From the NCBI GenBank assembly GCA_964383565.1, contig CAYLIK010000001.1, positions 1,019 through 65,018 on the forward strand: a stretch of DNA of 64,000 nucleotides. The letters run 5' to 3'. This document shows, piece by piece, positions 37,380 to 46,136 of this stretch. A program made the translations under genes and the position numbers. The notes below the pieces were generated by a model. It had not been told where the DNA came from and did not search any database. It worked only from the letters and a program-made list of their open reading frames with translations. This DNA comes from an uncultured Sphingomonadaceae bacterium (GTDB lineage: Bacteria; Pseudomonadota; Alphaproteobacteria; Sphingomonadales; Sphingomonadaceae). Position 1 is the stretch's first letter. Every line of letters begins with the position of its first letter.

Positions 37380-38996
37380 ATGGACCTGTGGGACTATATC
37401 GTGATCGGCGCGGGCTCGGCCGGTTGCGTGATCGCCGAGCGCCTGAGTGCCGACGGCCGTTCGCGCGTGCTCGTGCTGGAGGCAGGCGACGAAGACAACA
37501 GCCCGTGGATCGCGATCCCCAAGGGCGTCGCCAAGCTCGTCACCAACCCCAAGCATATCTGGGCCTATCAGGTCAGCCAGCCCCGGATCGAGGGCGAAGG
37601 CGCGCATGAGGTCTGGATTCGCGGCAAGGGGCTGGGCGGCTCCTCCTCGATCAACGGCATGATCTGGAGCCGGGGCGAGCCCGCCGACTATAACGAATGG
37701 GAATCGCTCGGCGCCACCGGCTGGAACGGCGAGTCGATGACGGCGGCGTTCCAGCAGCTCGAGGATCACGGGCTGGGAGCAGGCGGCCGGCGCGGTGTCG
37801 GCGGCCCGGTGCATATCGCCCCACACATCTACACCTATCCGCTGGCCGACAGGCTGATCGAAGCGGGTGAGGCGATGGGCCTCAAGCGCACTGACGAACT
37901 CAACGACGTGAACGGCGGTCGGGTCGGCCTCTACAGCCACAACATCAAGCGCGGCCGCCGCCAGAGCGCGTCCGTCACGCATCTCCGCCCCGCGCGCCGC
38001 CGTCCGAATGTCCGCGTGGTCACCTGCGCGCTGGCAGAGCGCATCCTGTTCGAGGATGGCCGCGCCAGTGGCGTCGAGGCGCTTGTCCACGGCCATCGCC
38101 AGACCTTTCTTTGCGGCGGCGAGATCATCGTATGCGGCGGATTGCTGGAAAGCCCATTGCTGCTTCAGCGTTCCGGCATCGGCGATGGCGATCGTCTGCG
38201 CGGCGTCGGCGTCACCCCGGTCGCCTCCTCGCCCAAGCTCGGGCTGCGGATGCGCGAGCATCTTTCCTATTCGATCCCCTTCAGGATGAAGGAGTCGATC
38301 GGAATCAACGCCAGCTTCTATGGCGTTGGGCTGTTCAAGGCGATGCTGCGCTACATCTTCACCCGATCAGGCGTCATGGCGACGGGACCGTTCGAGGTCG
38401 GCGCTTTTGCCAACGTCTCCAACCCCGATGGCCGGACCGACGCGCAATTCTACATGAGCGCCTACACATTCGCGCTGGGCGACGACAATCATCCGGTGCC
38501 GCTCAACAGCATCGACAAGCTGCCGGGCATCTCGATCTACGGCCAGCTGCTCCGACTGACGAGCGAGGGGTCAATCCACGTTACCGCGCCGGGTCTCGAC
38601 GCCCCCGCCGATATTAAGCCCAACTGGCTGTTGACCGAAGAGGATCGGCAATCCGCGATCACGCTGATCCGCTACATGCGCCGTTACGCCGAGCAGGAAC
38701 CCATTCGGGGACTCATCGATCGCGAGTTGCTGCCCGGCGCGGCGCGCACGACCGATGAGGAATTGCTCGAAAGTTTCCGCCGGCTTTCCACCAGCGGCCT
38801 TCACGGCGTCGGCACCTGCCGCATGGGCAACGACAGCAACTCGGTCACCGATCCGCAGCTTCGGGTGCGCGGTGTGCGCGGGTTGCGCGTCGCTGATTGT
38901 TCAGTGATGCCGTCGCTTGTCACGGGCAACACCAACGCGCCCGCGATGGCGCTTGGGCTGCGAGCCTCAGCGCTGATCCTGGCCGACCGCCCCTAA
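37380..38996 (+). CDS. GMC-family FAD oxidoreductase (choline/alcohol dehydrogenase-like)
   Basis: Trimmed to MDLWDYIVIGAGSAGCVIAERLS behind AGGAGAG. GMC signature GGSSSINGMIW. Confidence 0.85.
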   Translation: MDLWDYIVIGAGSAGCVIAERLSADGRSRVLVLEAGDEDNSPWIAIPKGVAKLVTNPKHIWAYQVSQPRIEGEGAHEVWIRGKGLGGSSSINGMIWSRGEPADYNEWESLGATGWNGESMTAAFQQLEDHGLGAGGRRGVGGPVHIAPHIYTYPLADRLIEAGEAMGLKRTDELNDVNGGRVGLYSHNIKRGRRQSASVTHLRPARRRPNVRVVTCALAERILFEDGRASGVEALVHGHRQTFLCGGEIIVCGGLLESPLLLQRSGIGDGDRLRGVGVTPVASSPKLGLRMREHLSYSIPFRMKESIGINASFYGVGLFKAMLRYIFTRSGVMATGPFEVGAFANVSNPDGRTDAQFYMSAYTFALGDDNHPVPLNSIDKLPGISIYGQLLRLTSEGSIHVTAPGLDAPADIKPNWLLTEEDRQSAITLIRYMRRYAEQEPIRGLIDRELLPGAARTTDEELLESFRRLSTSGLHGVGTCRMGNDSNSVTDPQLRVRGVRGLRVADCSVMPSLVTGNTNAPAMALGLRASALILADRP

Positions 38997-39802
38997 TTCA
39001 TCTCGGTGAGCGAGATGTAGCCAAGCTGAGCCGCCTTGAAGACCGTCTGGCTGCGGTTGACCGCGTCCAGCTTGATCGACGCGTTATGGATGTGGAACCG
39101 CACCGTTGCACGGCTGCGGTGCATGATCATGCTGATCTCGAGATCGGTCTTGCCGATCGCCGCCCAGCGCAAGCATTCGACTTCGCGCTTCGATAGCCGC
39201 GATCCCGGCGGCAGGCGCTGGATCGATCCGGTGGCGTGGACATAGCTGGCGATGAAGGTCCGGCCATAAATGCCGAACGCGTCGCCATACAGCTCGAATT
39301 CCTTGGTGAGATCGGTCTTTTCCTTGTCGAGCGGATTGAAGCTGACCGCCCCGATCTGTCCGAACGGCAAATGCACCGGCACCACGATCGCGGCCCGCGT
39401 CATGGCCCGCTGCTCGAAATTGGAAATGTCGATCGCGTCGAGATAGGTATTGGGCTGCCATGTCCGGAACCCACCGGCGTTGGCCCAGAAGGGCTCGCTC
39501 TCGAACCGGCAGGCCGATGTCAGCGGCGAATCGAGTGCGATCCGGCTATTCTTCCACCAGACCCGATCCTCGCTGGTATTCCAACCAAATACGTCCCGCG
39601 CGAGGATAGAGCCTTCGGCGTCGACGGGCGTCCGCTTGTCAGCGATGTCGTGCGCGGGCGCGCACTGCATTCCGCCCAAATCCCGCGTAATTGCTGCAAG
39701 TGCTTCCGCGGCACGGCGGATGTCGCCGACGTCGCTGATGCGCACCGCATTCACTTTTTCCTGTGAAAGGACAGATGAAGCGGGACTAGCCATTCCCTGC
39801 AT
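38993..39802 (-). CDS. LuxR-family transcriptional regulator with an autoinducer-binding-like N-domain (LuxR solo)
   Basis: C-terminal HTH LSKREVECLRWAAIGKTDLEISMIMHRSRATVRFHIHNA. The N-terminal ~170 aa have a ligand-binding-domain-like layout. No LuxI-type gene is in the window. Confidence 0.7.
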   Translation of the reverse strand: MQGMASPASSVLSQEKVNAVRISDVGDIRRAAEALAAITRDLGGMQCAPAHDIADKRTPVDAEGSILARDVFGWNTSEDRVWWKNSRIALDSPLTSACRFESEPFWANAGGFRTWQPNTYLDAIDISNFEQRAMTRAAIVVPVHLPFGQIGAVSFNPLDKEKTDLTKEFELYGDAFGIYGRTFIASYVHATGSIQRLPPGSRLSKREVECLRWAAIGKTDLEISMIMHRSRATVRFHIHNASIKLDAVNRSQTVFKAAQLGYISLTEMN

Positions 39803-39897
39803 TTATTGCGGTTCCATTCACAACACAACGCCTAGTCTTTTGTGGAGCGGCAAGGGGGCGTCGAATAGGCCAAGACTGTGACAAGAATGATATAGCA

Positions 39898-41007
39898 GTG
39901 GGCGGCCTTGTGAATTTCGACCTTGATGAAGACGAAGAAATGCTGAAGGCGCTCGTGGAGCGCTTCGTCGAGGATCATTATGACCCCGAAAAGCGTCGCG
40001 ATTATCTCGCCGAACCAGATGGTTATTCGCGCAAAAACTGGTCGCTGATGGGCGAACTCGGGCTGACCGCCCTGCCGTTCGCGCCCGAACATGGCGGGCT
40101 GGGAATTGGCTCCACCGGCCTCGCGGTCGTGTTCGAGGCATTGGGCCGGGGGCTGGTCGTCGAACCGCTGGTGGAATCAACGATATTGGCCGGCGGCCTG
40201 TTCGGGACGCTGGCATCCGATGTGCTCAAAGCCGAGTGGATGGATGCGCTAGTCTCAGGCGAAAAGCGCCTGGCGCTCGCACATCGCGAGGCAGCCGGGC
40301 GCGATAACTGGCGCTGGGTCGAGACTGTTGCGCAGAACGGGCAGCTTACGGGCGAGAAATCGCTGGTCGTCGCCGGCAGCGGCGTCGATGGCTATCTGGT
40401 GTCCGCGCGGACATCCGGGAAACCGGGCGATGCCGAGGGAATCGAGCTTTTCCTTGTCCTCGCTTCCGCAGCGGGCATCTCGACTAACCCGTGGCGACTG
40501 ATCGACGGAACGGTGGGCGCTACGCTGACGCTCAACGCCGTCGAAGCGACGCCTCTTGGCGGAAGCCTTGCCGACATTGAAACAGCCCGCACCCGCGCCA
40601 CGCTCGCACAGTCGGCCGAAGCGCTCGGTATCATGGAGCGGCTGTTCGCCGACACGCTGGACTATCTCAAGACGCGCAAGCAATTCGGCGCGCCGCTCGG
40701 CACCTTCCAGGCGCTGCAGCATCGCATGGCAGCGCAATATAGCGCCATCGAACAGGCCCGCGCGTTGCTGACTCTCGCAATGATGACTGATCCAGGCGAT
40801 GCCGAATGGCCTAAAGTGGTGGACGGCGCACGCGCCTTCATCGCCGATGCATCCGTCACGCTGGGCCATGAGATGATCCAGATGCATGGCGGCATGGGTG
40901 TGACCGATGAACTGATCATCGGTCACGGTCACAAGCGGCTGATGATGCTTTCGCGTTGGCCCGAATCGCCAGCCGCGTCGCTGGATCGCTACGCGGGCGT
41001 TTCCTAG
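39898..41007 (+). CDS. acyl-CoA dehydrogenase family protein
   Basis: 369 aa, containing NFDLDEDEEMLKALVERFVEDHY...FQALQHRMA...IQMHGGMGVTDE. The start is GTG 39898 or GTG 39910. Confidence 0.75.
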   Translation: MGGLVNFDLDEDEEMLKALVERFVEDHYDPEKRRDYLAEPDGYSRKNWSLMGELGLTALPFAPEHGGLGIGSTGLAVVFEALGRGLVVEPLVESTILAGGLFGTLASDVLKAEWMDALVSGEKRLALAHREAAGRDNWRWVETVAQNGQLTGEKSLVVAGSGVDGYLVSARTSGKPGDAEGIELFLVLASAAGISTNPWRLIDGTVGATLTLNAVEATPLGGSLADIETARTRATLAQSAEALGIMERLFADTLDYLKTRKQFGAPLGTFQALQHRMAAQYSAIEQARALLTLAMMTDPGDAEWPKVVDGARAFIADASVTLGHEMIQMHGGMGVTDELIIGHGHKRLMMLSRWPESPAASLDRYAGVS

Positions 41008-41765
41008 CCTTCCCGCTTGAGCCAGCCGATCCCCCGCCGAAGCAGCGTATAGAACACCGGCAGGTCCCAGGCGCAGCGGTCCACGGTTGGCCACCAGTCC
41101 AGCATCGGCTGAAGGTCATAATGCCCCCGGCAATGCCCGAGCGTCAGGTATAGCACCGCGCCTTCGCCATGCTGCTTGATGTAGAACACTGGATGCGTCC
41201 CCGGCGCGTCCTCGGCCTCGACGAAGCCGGTGCCGGGCTCTGTGCATTCGGTCTCAAGCAGCACATGGAGGTCGCCATGCGTTTCCATATGATAGAGTTC
41301 GTCGGTTGAATCGAAAGGCTCGACACCTTCCACCAGCGGATGCCCCGGATCAGCCACCGTCACGCGATAGGGTGCGATCGGCGGATGGGACAAGAACTGC
41401 GAGCCGACCAGATCCATGAACAAGGGCGCCCAGCGCGGTGCGTCCCACAGTCCGTTTTCGAGCAGGCGCAGCACCGAGTTGGTCCCGTGCAACGCATACC
41501 AGCGCCCACCCTTTGCCAGCCAGTCCCGCAACGCTTCCTGTGCCGCAAGTGAGGGCGTCACATCACAGGTATAGGTGATGAGGATATCCGCCGCCTCGAT
41601 CGCGGCGATATTCTCATAATCCTCGAACACGCGGGTTCTGACGCGCTCATCTTCGGCCAGCAGCTTGAGCAGCTCAAGCCGGGCGAAATCCATGTCGTGC
41701 CAAACGCCGCCGCACACCAATACGCAATTGACGCGCGGCGGATGCTGCTCCTCGCTTTCGCTCAT
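41004..41765 (-). CDS. ThuA-like domain protein
   Basis: WYALHGTNSVL...VGSQFLSHPPIAPYRVTVADPGHPLVEGVEPFDSTDELY...VLYLTLGH matches the ThuA layout. ATGA overlap with the upstream Rieske gene. Confidence 0.55.
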   Translation of the reverse strand: MSESEEQHPPRVNCVLVCGGVWHDMDFARLELLKLLAEDERVRTRVFEDYENIAAIEAADILITYTCDVTPSLAAQEALRDWLAKGGRWYALHGTNSVLRLLENGLWDAPRWAPLFMDLVGSQFLSHPPIAPYRVTVADPGHPLVEGVEPFDSTDELYHMETHGDLHVLLETECTEPGTGFVEAEDAPGTHPVFYIKQHGEGAVLYLTLGHCRGHYDLQPMLDWWPTVDRCAWDLPVFYTLLRRGIGWLKREG

Positions 41766-43198
41766 GCCTTGCCGGCGCCAAGCTCACCCGACAGATATTT
41801 GTCGAGCGTCTGGTGGAACTGGCGGATGCGGATCTCCTGATAATCGCCGAGATTAACCTCGCCGGTCTTGGAGCAATGCAGGCCATCCTGCACATAAGGC
41901 AGATTATCCATGTCCTGCTCGAACACATCACCGAGGATGCCGATCTCTTTAGCAGCGGTCCAGGGTTCGTCCTTGCCGAGCAGCCGCATCGGCACGCCAT
42001 GGGGGATCGGCTGCCCCGGCGGGACGCGGGTGAGAACGCGCACTTCCATCAGGCAGGTGTCGGGCGTAGCGCCCGGCCGCCAGCGATAGACAATGTTGGG
42101 CATGAACCCGCCCCAGGGCGCGAAATTGGGGAAGACGTTGTAAACCAGCCCGTCGAGCAACTCGGCGTCTGTCGCCTGGCTGTGATCGTGACCGAACATC
42201 TTCGTGTAATTCTCGCGCATGGCTTCACCCAGCGCGCGGCGCGCAGTCATGCCTTCCGGCACCTTTACGGCGTAGGGATCGGCAGCAGCTGCGGGGTCGC
42301 CATCATAATTGTCCGCCGAGCGTCCGTTATATTTGATGAACTCCTCGACGATCCACTGCTCGGTCTTTCCTTCCGGATTGACGTGCGGCGACATGATTCC
42401 GAACGGGACGAGGTTGACGTTCACATTGTCGCCCCACGTCCAGTAGGCCGAATTGCAATCACCCGTGAAGGGCAGCAGCTGCGGGTGGGTGATGATCGTG
42501 TGCCAGGCCTCCATGAAGGCCTCCATCACGACCTTCCAGTTGGCCGGAACCTCCTTGGCCACCCAGATCGCTGTGGTGCATTCCTCATGCCGCCAGCGCT
42601 TGAAATGCTCGGGCAGCGGCGCGAGAAATTCCTCAAGCGTCATCCCGCCGGGATTTTCCTTCAGGAAGATATAACCGCCCCAGCGGCCGACCTGGGCCTC
42701 AGGCAGATGCATCTTGTCGTCGGTAAGGTGAGAAAAATCCCAGCGGCAGGGGATCGAGGCGAAATTGCCATCCTTGTTCCAGGTGAAGCCGTGGAACGGG
42801 CAGATGAAACTGTCGGCATGCCCATCCTCTGTGCGCAGCTTGCGGCCACGATGGAGGCAGACATTATGCATGATCTTGACCGAGCCGTCGTCCTGCCGCG
42901 AGACGAGATAGGACCGACCCGCATTCTCGAACACGATATAGTCGCCGGCCTCGGGCAGATCTTCCTCACGCGCGGCGAATTGCCATACGTTCGGCCACAT
43001 CTTCTCGCGCTCGAGCTTGGCGAATTCCTCGCTGGTGTATCGGCTGGCCGCGATCGGCTCGGACCCACGATATTCATAGCTTTCATGGTTCAGGAAATCG
43101 GGCACTGGACGCGAATCCAGATCCATGAGCCCTTCCCAGCTGATGCCCGGGGAACGGTTGCGACCAGACGCCTTCGGATCGATATCTGCCACGTACAC
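41762..43198 (-). CDS. Rieske non-heme iron oxygenase alpha subunit (subfamily A)
   Basis: CLHRGRKL...CPFHGFTW and NWKVVMEAFMEAWHTIITHP. 478 aa. The start is GTG 43198 or GTG 43192 (better spaced from GGAGA). Confidence 0.85.
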   Translation of the reverse strand: MYVADIDPKASGRNRSPGISWEGLMDLDSRPVPDFLNHESYEYRGSEPIAASRYTSEEFAKLEREKMWPNVWQFAAREEDLPEAGDYIVFENAGRSYLVSRQDDGSVKIMHNVCLHRGRKLRTEDGHADSFICPFHGFTWNKDGNFASIPCRWDFSHLTDDKMHLPEAQVGRWGGYIFLKENPGGMTLEEFLAPLPEHFKRWRHEECTTAIWVAKEVPANWKVVMEAFMEAWHTIITHPQLLPFTGDCNSAYWTWGDNVNVNLVPFGIMSPHVNPEGKTEQWIVEEFIKYNGRSADNYDGDPAAAADPYAVKVPEGMTARRALGEAMRENYTKMFGHDHSQATDAELLDGLVYNVFPNFAPWGGFMPNIVYRWRPGATPDTCLMEVRVLTRVPPGQPIPHGVPMRLLGKDEPWTAAKEIGILGDVFEQDMDNLPYVQDGLHCSKTGEVNLGDYQEIRIRQFHQTLDKYLSGELGAGKA

Positions 43199-43334
43199 TC
43201 TCCAACGATTCTACACTATCATGGCGCAGCTTGGCCTTTGCGCGCGCCCGCGTCACCTTGTCGAAAGCACAGGTTCTTTTCCGCGCGAAATCGGCCAATC
43301 GTCGGCCGCTATCTATACTCTAGGAGAGAACTGC

Positions 43335-44117
43335 ATGGCAAAAAGGCTTGAGGGTAAGGTCGCCCTCGTCACGGGCGGAACCTCCGGGATCGGCGCGGCA
43401 ACGGTCAAAAGACTCGTCTCCGAAGGCGCGCAGGTCCACTTCACCGGTTCGAAGGACGCCGCCGCAGCAGCGCTCACAGCCGAAACCGGCGCGTCTTTCC
43501 ACAAGCATAGGGTGCAGGACGCAGATGCGTGGCCAGCCCTCATCCAGACGATACTGGATGCCCACGGGCGGCTGGACATTGCCTTCGCCAATGCCGGCAC
43601 GGAATCCGGCGACAGCAGTATCGAGGAGGTCTCGATCGAGGGCTGGGATAATGTCGTCGCGGTGAATCAGACCGGGGTGATGCTGACCGTTCAGCACGCG
43701 ATCCGCGCCATGGCGAAGAATCCCGATGGACCGGTTGGATCGATCATCGTCAACAGTTCCATGAATGCCACACGCCCGCTTGGCAATTACGTTGCATATT
43801 CAGTGACAAAGGCAGCCGTGGTGACTCTGGCAAAGTCCTCCGCTGTGTATTGTGGGCAAAAGGGGTATCGCATCCGCGTCAACGCGATCCTGCCTGGCGT
43901 GGTTGAGACCGACTTGATCCGGAATATCATGAACAGTCAGCCCGATCCCGCGGCAGCGCGAGCGATGTATGAGGGCATGGCTCCGCTAAAGCGCATGGCG
44001 CAGCTTAACGAGGTTACCGGACTGGTCGCCTATCTCGCGTCCGACGAGGCCGCGTTCATCTCAGGCGGCGAATATGCGATCGACGGTGCTTCGACGGCAG
44101 GGATGATGGGCGTATGA
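43335..44117 (+). CDS. SDR-family oxidoreductase
   Basis: ORF 43125..44117 trimmed to Met71 (MAKRLEGKVALVTGGTSGIGAAT) behind TAGGAGAG. Catalytic YSVTK. Confidence 0.8.
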   Translation: MAKRLEGKVALVTGGTSGIGAATVKRLVSEGAQVHFTGSKDAAAAALTAETGASFHKHRVQDADAWPALIQTILDAHGRLDIAFANAGTESGDSSIEEVSIEGWDNVVAVNQTGVMLTVQHAIRAMAKNPDGPVGSIIVNSSMNATRPLGNYVAYSVTKAAVVTLAKSSAVYCGQKGYRIRVNAILPGVVETDLIRNIMNSQPDPAAARAMYEGMAPLKRMAQLNEVTGLVAYLASDEAAFISGGEYAIDGASTAGMMGV

Positions 44118-44926
44118 GCGGAGCCAAACGGCTTGAGGGCCGGGTCGCGCTCGTCACCGGCGGCCTGCGCGGGATCGGTCTTGCCATCGTCGAACGCTAT
44201 GTCGCCGAAGGCGCTAAGGTCGTCATTACCGATCTCGACACACCTGACAGCGCGCAAGCCAGCGAGACGCTGGCGAAGCTGGGTGATGCGGCAAGCTATT
44301 ACCGCTCCAACGTGACGGAGGAAGCGGAGTGGGAGAAGCTGCGCGATCAGGTCAGGGAGCGTCACGGCAAGCTGCACGTCCTTGTCAACAATGCCGGCAC
44401 TGATTTGACCGGCCCGGTCGAAACGCTGACGATGGAAGGCTGGCGGCGGATCATGGCGATCAATGTCGACGGCGTGTTCCTCGGCACCAAGCATTTCGTG
44501 CCACTGATGGCGGAAACCGGCAAGGATCTGCGCGGCGGCGCGAGCATCATTAACATCAGCTCGATCATGGGCATCGTCGGCTACAGTGAAGTCTCGGCCT
44601 ATAACGCCAGCAAGGGCGCGGTGCGCATGTTCACCAAGGGCATCGCGGTCGAGTTCGCATCGAAGAAGACGCCGATCCGGGCCAATTCCATCCATCCCGG
44701 CTTCGTGATGACGCCACTCATGGAAGCTGGCTTCAAGCGCTGGGTCGAAAAGGGTTTTGCCGAAAAGACCGAGGATCTGGTCGAGACGATGGCGGCGACG
44801 ACACCGGTCGGTCGGCTCGGCGACCCGTCCGAAATTGCGGGCGCGGCCTATTTCCTGGCGAGCGACGACAGCAGTTATGTGACGGGCGCGGAGATCGTCG
44901 TCGATGGCGGATGGACCGCACAATGA
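44114..44926 (+). CDS. SDR-family oxidoreductase
   Basis: VTGGLRGIGLAI cofactor motif and YNASK. ATGA overlap with the previous SDR. Confidence 0.8.
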   Translation: MSGAKRLEGRVALVTGGLRGIGLAIVERYVAEGAKVVITDLDTPDSAQASETLAKLGDAASYYRSNVTEEAEWEKLRDQVRERHGKLHVLVNNAGTDLTGPVETLTMEGWRRIMAINVDGVFLGTKHFVPLMAETGKDLRGGASIINISSIMGIVGYSEVSAYNASKGAVRMFTKGIAVEFASKKTPIRANSIHPGFVMTPLMEAGFKRWVEKGFAEKTEDLVETMAATTPVGRLGDPSEIAGAAYFLASDDSSYVTGAEIVVDGGWTAQ

Positions 44927-45702
44927 CAATCGCCCTTCCCAATGTGATCGCCCTCGTCACGGGCGCCGCCGGCGGCATCGGCCGCGAACTGTGCAAGGCA
45001 TTGAAGGCGGCGGGCGCCACCGTCGTCGCAACCGATCTTGCTGCGGCGGCAGACGACGTTTCAGCGGATCATTATCTGCAGCATGACGTCACCGATGCCG
45101 CAGCATGGAAACGCGTATCCGATTTCATATCAGAGACTTATGGCCGACTGGACGCGCTGGTGAACAACGCCGGTTATTCGATCGTCGTGAAGTTCGAGGA
45201 TTCCCCGCTCAGCGAATTCCATCGCGTGCAGCAGGTGAATGTCGATTCGATCGTGATCGGCGTGCAGACCATGCTGCCGCTGCTCAAGGAAGGCGGCAAG
45301 GCGCGCAAGAGCGGTGCCGCGATCGTCAACTTCTCCTCGGTCGGCGGGATGCGTGGCGCGGCGTTCAACGCCGCCTACTGCACCAGCAAGGCGGCGGTGC
45401 TGATGCTCTCCAAATGCCTTGGCGCTGAATTCGCCGCGCTTGGCTACAATATCCGCGTCAACAGCGTACACCCCGGCGGCATCGACACGGCGATGCTCAA
45501 TTCGATCATCGACCGCTATGTCGCGCTTGGGGCCGTGCCCAACCGCGAGGCTGCGGTGGACGGCATCCGCATCAACCACCCGATCGGCCGCATGGGCCGC
45601 CCCGAAGAACTGGGCGGCGGCGTGGTCTATCTCTGCTCGGAATCCGCCAGCTTCGTGACGTGCAGCGAACTGGTCATCGACGGCGGCTTCACGGCGATTT
45701 GA
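44923..45702 (+). CDS. SDR-family oxidoreductase
   Basis: Trimmed to Met5 (MTIALPNVIALVTGAAGGIGREL), with ATGA overlap. Catalytic YCTSK. Confidence 0.8.
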   Translation: MTIALPNVIALVTGAAGGIGRELCKALKAAGATVVATDLAAAADDVSADHYLQHDVTDAAAWKRVSDFISETYGRLDALVNNAGYSIVVKFEDSPLSEFHRVQQVNVDSIVIGVQTMLPLLKEGGKARKSGAAIVNFSSVGGMRGAAFNAAYCTSKAAVLMLSKCLGAEFAALGYNIRVNSVHPGGIDTAMLNSIIDRYVALGAVPNREAAVDGIRINHPIGRMGRPEELGGGVVYLCSESASFVTCSELVIDGGFTAI

Positions 45703-45709
45703 CACCTAA

Positions 45710-45734
45710 GCCCCCTCCTCTTCAGGGGAGGGGC
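45710..45734. terminator. GC-rich hairpin GCCCCCTCCTC-TTCA-GGGGAGGGGC between convergent genes
   Basis: About a 10-bp stem with one bulge and one G-T pair. Same core as the hairpins at 18768 and 56147. Confidence 0.4.
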
Positions 45735-45746
45735 TCAGTAGAAGCG

Positions 45747-46136
45747 TCAATTCTTCGCCGCACCAGCCGCAATCCAGTCCCGAAACAGTTTAATCTTGTC
45801 AGCGGGAAGGGGCGCCCCCGCAAAGGGCATCCGCGCACCCTTGCCGCCCGCCTTGATCTGCGTGCCCTCAAGCTTGGCGATCAGATAGCTCTTATCGGGC
45901 TGGCCCGGCGTGACGCGGATCAGCGCCGGGGCTTCGGTCGATTTGACATTGACGAGGCTGGCATAGGCCTTGGCGGGTGGCAGAGCGAGATTGCCCTGCT
46001 CCTGCCCGGTCAGATGGCAGATGGCGCACTGCGTCCTGAGGATCGGCATCAGATCCTTGCTGAAGCTCGGCCCCGCCGCCTGCGCCGCCGAGGTTAAGCC
46101 AAGCAACATAATACCGAACAGGACTGCCGTTTTCAC
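45747..46136 (-). CDS. small secreted c-type cytochrome (PSCyt1-like domain)
   Basis: GTG 46136 overlaps the flavoprotein stop (GTGA). Signal peptide VKTAVLFGIMLLGLTSAAQA, heme motif CAICH, and LIRVTPGQPDKSYLIAKL...MPFAGAPLPADKIKLFRDWIAAGA resembling the planctomycete cytochrome C domain (recalled). Confidence 0.6.
   Translation of the reverse strand: MKTAVLFGIMLLGLTSAAQAAGPSFSKDLMPILRTQCAICHLTGQEQGNLALPPAKAYASLVNVKSTEAPALIRVTPGQPDKSYLIAKLEGTQIKAGGKGARMPFAGAPLPADKIKLFRDWIAAGAAKN

Noticed and set aside
39817-39846. The dyad TTCACAACA-N12-TTTTGTGGA as a lux box.
   Set aside because: Only 7 of 9 arm positions match, and the 30-bp span is longer than the classical 20-bp lux box. It is mentioned under the LuxR finding but not annotated as a feature.
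41813-43351. Very long ORFs antisense to the real genes, for example 41813..43351 (512 aa), 19393..21006, 59672..61129, 54111..55517, 52653..54032, 46481..47959, 48605..49843, 16476..17678 and 15391..16503.
   Set aside because: These are typical shadow ORFs of GC-rich DNA. They are Arg/Ala/His/Gly-rich, carry no recognisable motifs, and each lies fully inside a gene on the opposite strand that has clear family signatures and an RBS.
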